From the NCBI GenBank assembly GCA_964016885.1, contig OZ024740.1, positions 388,926,001-388,990,000 of the forward strand: a DNA stretch of 64,000 bases, in the 5' to 3' direction. Made by a program: the position numbers and the translations under genes. Below, in pieces: positions 57,951 to 64,000 of the stretch (within the stretch, counting starts at the first letter, position 1; each line of letters starts with the position of its first letter). Below the pieces are notes generated by a model, which was not told the origin of the DNA, did not search any database, and saw only the letters and a list, made by a program, of their open reading frames with translations. The DNA is from Eledone cirrhosa (Eukaryota).

Positions 57951-58269
57951 GGCGGGGAGAGAATGTTGAGAAGTGACACTGCTGCAGTTATAGTCAACAC
58001 CACTAAAAAGGAGAGAAAGAGAGAAAGCGATAAGCAAAAATCGGAACTCTTCTATATATAAGTAAACCATATTCTTTTACACCATATTCTTATTAATATA
58101 CAACTTAACTCCATTATAAATTTTGTTATACATTTCCGTAGCAAGAAGAAGCCCGACAACCCTTGGTTGAAACCTATACGATAAATTCCTTTTTTGTAAA
58201 TAAATGCTTTGAGAAAATCCCATTAGCATATTCTACTGTTTTTCTTTTTTACTATTGTATATATATATA

Positions 58270-58370
<101 letters not shown>

Positions 58371-58399
58371 TAAACTTCCTCTATACTATACATACATAC

Positions 58400-59760
58400 A
58401 TGCCCCCTCGTTATTGAGTATGGCCATTGCACGATATACCATTATTAATAATTATTAATTAATTCTATCGTGCAATGCCTGTGCATGAAGATATTTTTTA
58501 AAGTGAGGAAAAACTGTGCACTGAGCCAATCCCACTCTCTGAGTGACAGTAGCTATAACCCGAAAAGAAGAAAAGATCATCATCATCGGTAACTACTGAG
58601 CCGCAGGTTTTATATCGGAGTTATCCCAGTTTCCTGAGTTGCCTTCTCCTAGAAGAATGCCCTGACAAAAGCTAGGGGTCCTTCACTCCCAGTGGTTTAA
58701 CCGCGCGGTACATGTGTATATACATATTTACACACTTTTGGATGGCCGTTGACTCTTATGAGTTCTTCCGCCCTTTAACAGGTTTTAATTTTTGTCCTGC
58801 AGGGTGTCTAAAATCACACTCCTCACCAAGTAAACTTGGTGGGGTTGCCGGTTTATTCGCCGACGACCCGACCATGCGACAGGTTGTTACCAGTAGCACT
58901 CAAGAGTGGCCCGACATACATACATACATACATACATACATACATACATACATACATACATACATACATACATACATCCATACATACATACATGATGATC
59001 GCTGCAGCTCGATTTCGATTAATGCCATCGCTTGCTACTTAAGCATGAGCATCACGTGCGTGGCTTCTTAGTCCTGCTGGGGACTTGCCTATGGCCAGCA
59101 ATGCTATGCATCGCAAAACATGTCACATATCGTAAGTGAGAAAAGGCGTTGCACCGGGCCAATCCCACTCTTTTAACATCGAATACATTTACCAAAAAGT
59201 AGAACTGGTCTACATCGTTGGATGCAAACGAAGTCACACGCTTTATATCAGAGTGACCTTCTCTTAGAGAGATGTCATAATGAAGACTAGGAGTCTCTCG
59301 CTCCACACAAAAAAATAAAATACATACATACATACATACATACATACATGGTGGCTGCCAACTCGTTTTCGAGTACGGCCACTACTTTATATCCATGTAG
59401 GAGAACCCCTACCGATGCGCTGAACGAGTGTGACTTTTTAGTCCAGCCAGCGACTTGAAAACTCTGGTACAAACACTACACTTGTGACAATTATTGACAC
59501 ATAGTGCTGGGCCCATGGTACCATGTGACGACAAGTGCAGAGAGATCTCCAGATATAAAGCAATGCCTGTGCCGTGAAGCTTTTATAGTGAGCAAAGGCA
59601 CTGCACAAAGCCAGTCCCACTCTCTTAACCAAGATGATATTTACCAAAAAGAAGAACAAGTCAACATCATTGGATACCATCAGGGTTGCAGGTGTTATAT
59701 CAGAGTTTTCCTTCTCCTAGAATTCTGCCTTGACAAAGGCTAAGGGGTCATCTCTCCCGG
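58400..59760 (-). mobile_element. Four short non-coding elements between (TACA)n tracts, three sharing conserved blocks
   Basis: gcaatgc..gcac..gcca(a/g)tcccactct..tatatc(a/g)gagt..ccttctc(c/t)tag at about 58472-58690, 59098-59305 and 59560-59760. Strand inferred from recalled similarity to the ctaggagaaggaaaactctga motif. Confidence 0.6.
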
Positions 59761-59895
59761 TCATTACAGGATACTGGTTGAAGAATTTCACTTTCTATCG
59801 GCAAGATCTCATACATACATACATACATACATACATACATACATACATACATACATACACACATACATACACACATACATACATACATACATACA

Positions 59896-62294
59896 AACAT
59901 GAACTGCCAACATTTCCAGACAAAACAATATGACATAGATGGGTCCATACTGGAAACAGCTCTACAGAAAATGTCGAATAGGAAATCACCAGGCCCAGAC
60001 CTCATTACAGGATACTGGTTGAAGAATTTCACTTTCTATCGGCAAGATCTCATACGGCTGTTTACAGAAACCATTAAGGGCACACAAGAACTGCCCAGAT
60101 GGTTATCAACTGCCTCTACTCTCCTCATTCCCAAAAATAGCCAAACCACCCTTGCTAAAAATTACCGCCCAATTGCCTGCCAAAACATCATGTATAAATT
60201 ATATACTGGGTGCCTTAACCTGTTCTTACAGGATCACTGTGCTACCAACAACATCATAACACCTGAGCAAGCTGGTGGAAAGAGGGAGGTGTGGGGTTGC
60301 ATAGATCACCTACTAACTAACAAAATGATTCAGGAAAAAACAACAAAGAATCGCAGAAACATGACTGTCGTGTGGCTGGACTATCAAAAAGCATTTGATA
60401 GTGTACCTCATAGGTGGATTGTTAAGGCTTTACAGTTAGCTAAAGTCCCACAACCATTGGTAGCTGCTGTTGAACGCCTGACCAAGAACTGGTACACCAG
60501 TTTGATCCTTAGAGGTGAGAAGGAGCAGGTTAAGACTGATAAGATACATTACCAGAAGGGCATCTTTCAGGGTGATAGCTTGTCAGTGCTACTCTTCGTT
60601 CTCTCACTGAATCCACTATCTTACCTACTCAGGAAACAAGGTGGACAAAGAAGTGGGCCCAGAAGTATCTCCCATCTTTTCTTTGTTGATGACCTGAAGT
60701 TGTATGGGCCAAATATCAATGACATCAAGAAACAATTGGACCTCATTACACAATTTTTAACCGACATCAAAATGAAATTTGGTGAGTCCAAGTGTGCATA
60801 TTTGGCAGTAAAACGTGGAAGAGCTGTGCCCTCCTCTAGAAATCTAGAGATGAACGGCCTGACAATACAACCTCTGCAGTCAGGTGACAACTACAGATAT
60901 CTTGGACAGGATGAGAATGTCAGATATGATGGACCCATAAATAAGGAGAGAACCAGAACTGAATACCTCAGAAGAGTAAAGAAAATATGGTCATCAGAAC
61001 TGTCAGCATACAACAAATACATTGCCCACAATACTTATGCTGTGCCAATTCTAACGCCAACATTTGGCCTACTGAACTGGTCATTGCAAGAACTAAGTGA
61101 GATGGATGTTAGAACTCGAAAACTTCTCAGTGTTACTGGGAACTTTAACATCAATGGTGATGTGGATAGGCTATACTTCTCACGCAAGGAAGGTGGCCGG
61201 GGTCTAAAATCAATATTAACAACATATGAGACCCGGATAGTAACACTGAAGCAACACCTTCAACAGAGGAAAAAGGTTGGCAACCATCTTGCCCAGGTTT
61301 ATGACCATGAAAACAGAAATATCATTAGAATAGCGACTGATCTGGAGGAGAGATATGGAATAAAGCCTGATATAAATCTCTCACCCAGAGAAATCGGAAG
61401 ATCCTATTCAATGTTCAAACAAGATAAAAAAATTGACCAATTTACAGAAAAAGTTGTGCATGGATACTTGAGGCGTAAAACACAGACCATAGAGGGGATA
61501 AACCACTCAAAAAGCCTGGCATGGAGTTCCGACAAGTTTATGACATCACACCTTGAGGGATATCTCTATGCAATACAGGAACAAGAACTCCCTACCAAAT
61601 ATCTGCTGCACAAAAGAGGAGGGCCAGCAGCTGACAATAAATGTAGGCTATGTAAAACAAAGATCGAGGATGTAAGCCACATTGTTGCCAGCTGCGAAAG
61701 AATATCATCTCGCTACTACCTCCCCATGAGACACGATGGGATAGCTAGAACCATCTGGAACGCACTTCGGAAAACAAAATTAACAACAAACGAGGAAGAA
61801 TATATTGAGACAGATGGCACTAAGGAATACTGGTGGAACCTGAAAATAAAACTGCCACCAAATTAAAGCACAACCGGCCTGATATTGTAGTTTGGGACTA
61901 CACATTGAAAACGTGTTCTGTTGTGGAGATCAGCTGCCCACTTGATGTAAACGTTGTCAGAAAAATACAGGAGAAGGAGCACATCTACGGACCATTGATG
62001 AGGAGTTTACAAATCCAGTATCCAAGATACACCTTTAGCTTCATACCCATCATTATTGGTGCTACGGGTTATATACCAACCCGCTTGGACCAAAGTATGA
62101 CTGAACTTGGATTTGCGGACAAAAAGCGCAGCTCCCTAATTCATAGTCTACAAATGGCTGCGATAGCTGGCACCTTCAAAATTTGCAAAACATTCTTGCG
62201 ATTCAAGGGATGACAATTTCTTTTCTTTTACAACCTTGCCACCAGGAAGGTGGCCGGTCAAAAAAATATACTCGAAATTAAGAGAAAGAGAAAA
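59896..62294 (+). mobile_element. 5'-truncated RLE-type LINE (R4/Dong-like): RT, CCHC and restriction-like endonuclease, flanked by (TACA)n
   Basis: KSPGPD, NYRPI, WLDYQKAFDSVPH, GIFQGDSLS, FVDD, CRLC..H..C, RHD, RPDIV..EISCP. One frameshift near 61850. Confidence 0.93.
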
Positions 62295-62374
62295 CATACA
62301 TACATACATACATACATACATACATACATACATACATACATACATACATACATACATACATACATACATACATA

Positions 62375-62915
62375 AAAACATGCACAGTAGTGGAAATTAG
62401 CTGCCCAGCAGATGCCAATATAATATCAAAGATTAGTGAAAAGGAGAATATTTATGCAGAACAGATGAGAAATCTGCAGATACTCCACCCTGATTACACC
62501 TTCAGATTTATGCCTATGATTATTGGGGCACTTGGATATGTTAGTAACTGCCTCAATACAAATCTTGAGAAGCTAGGTTTCACAGGAACAGAAGGAACAC
62601 AACTAGTTAGAAAATTACAAGTACAATCCATTAATGGAACAGTAAAAATATGTAAAACAGTCCAAAAATTTTGCATCTAATAACTGCATATACACATGTA
62701 CAGATACAAAGCATATACACATGCACACATACAACTCAAAACATACACATCCACACATACAATAACATCCATATCTACACATGCATGCATGCAGACATAC
62801 ATACATATTTACCTAGTTTATGTTGTGTAAATTCCAATGAGAGAGTCTTGTGTCTGTGTTAGAAACCGACTCTCTCTCTATTGGTAAAACTTTGTGAAAT
62901 TATAAAACCAGAAGA
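62375..62915 (+). mobile_element. 3' fragment of a second, diverged RLE-type LINE, also bounded by (TACA)n
   Basis: VEISCP..KENIY..MRNLQI..F.FMPMIIGALGY..KICKT, paralogous to 61920-62213. Confidence 0.85.
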
Positions 62916-63029
62916 ACATACATACATACATACATACATACATACATACATACATACATACATACATACATACATACATAAAATAATTTGGACGAACATT
63001 CCAGTAGGACCTTTGGGCAGTGGTTTTTC

Positions 63030-63800
63030 TCTTTTTTTTCACATTCATTAATGCGGAAAGATCTAGAAGACTAGATTCAAGACAACCTTCAGTTCCGGAT
63101 TTAGCAAAGACACAACCAGTTTGAAAACCCGTCCAGAAACCCCATAACCCAACGAAAATGACCAGCGTGCAAAACCCTGTCAACAGCCTTAGAAATATCT
63201 AGTTTTACCACATGTATCCAAATCATAGCAGACTTTCTCAGAAATAACTCTTAAAACAATAGCAGTTGATCGTGAGAAATGAAACCCATATTGTTTATAT
63301 GAAATAAGACCCAGTGGGATAAGAGGCTTAACCAATCCAGAATTGGTTAAAACCTCAAATATTTTAAGGTGATAGAAGGATCAGACTGTTCCCTAGAATT
63401 CTTAAAAACTGGAACAACAGAAGAATATTTTCAACAAAATGGAAAGCAAATATCAACGAAGCATTCGCTATAAAGTTTAGATGGAACAGGACTTAATTGA
63501 GAATAACATCAAGAGCACATGCTTTTTGGAGATCAAGATTTTAGATTACACCAGAAACCTTGGGGGACATGGTATGCATATCACACAGTGCTGTATCAGT
63601 TTAAATGACATGTCACGTAAAGATGTTCCAGATGAATCAAGAATAGAATTAGAAAAGAATTTCTGGGAGAAACACTCAGCTTTTTCAGTAGATGTTAATA
63701 CTTCAAATTTATTAAAAACAGCAGAAATTAAGGACTTAATCCTATTCAACACTCTGCTACATAGCTGCAAGTAATCACGAGATCAATCTTTTTAAAAGCA
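63030..63800 (-). mobile_element. Decayed Jockey/CR1-group LINE RT fragment
   Basis: VLTSTEKAECF..FSNSILD, VVPVFKNS..SDPS, QYGF..SRSTA, LDISKAVDRV.HAG, LKVVL. Confidence 0.8.
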
Positions 63801-64000
63801 AGGCGGTTTTTTATTGTCAGCCAGCAAAGACTTGGCCTTATTTGGGACACACAGTTGTCTGTCCCAAATAAATAAAGCCATATACATATAGACAGATGGA
63901 TGGATGTGTCTGAAAGCCATCATAGGCATGCATATACACTTATACATGTCTGAATGCATGTATGTTTTTATGTATGTATTTGTGTATGCGAGTGTCTGTA

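Noticed and set aside
63125-63140. GAC GG|gt as the missing upstream dipeptidase exon end
   Set aside because: Lies inside a decayed LINE RT, has a poor donor and lacks the P(L/V)IDG context.

Overview
Eukaryotic, very AT-rich DNA dense in microsatellites. The SINE and LINE repertoire looks like that of an octopod cephalopod (inference). The only host gene I can support is a minus-strand membrane dipeptidase (MEROPS M19, DPEP1-like). Seven internal exons splice in frame between 43516 and 8219, and the first and last exons were not found in the window. The introns are filled with mobile DNA: Penelope-like (RT/GIY-YIG) remnants, an RLE-type LINE in (TACA)n, RTE, CRE and Jockey/CR1-like fragments, a Chapaev3 transposon, Helitron, hAT and pogo non-autonomous elements, and about 25 tRNA-derived SINEs. 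The main hidden signal is about 20 type I hammerhead ribozyme (HHR) motifs from roughly nine sequence families. They occur in tandem 316-bp and ~450-bp non-coding repeats (retrozyme-like, candidate circRNA producers), in Penelope pseudo-LTRs, and in solo fold-back palindromes inserted in (TA)n. Two families use a U3-A8 covariant core, nearly all have a self-complementary helix III, and several lie sense to the host pre-mRNA. Most ORFs in the supplied track are microsatellite artefacts.
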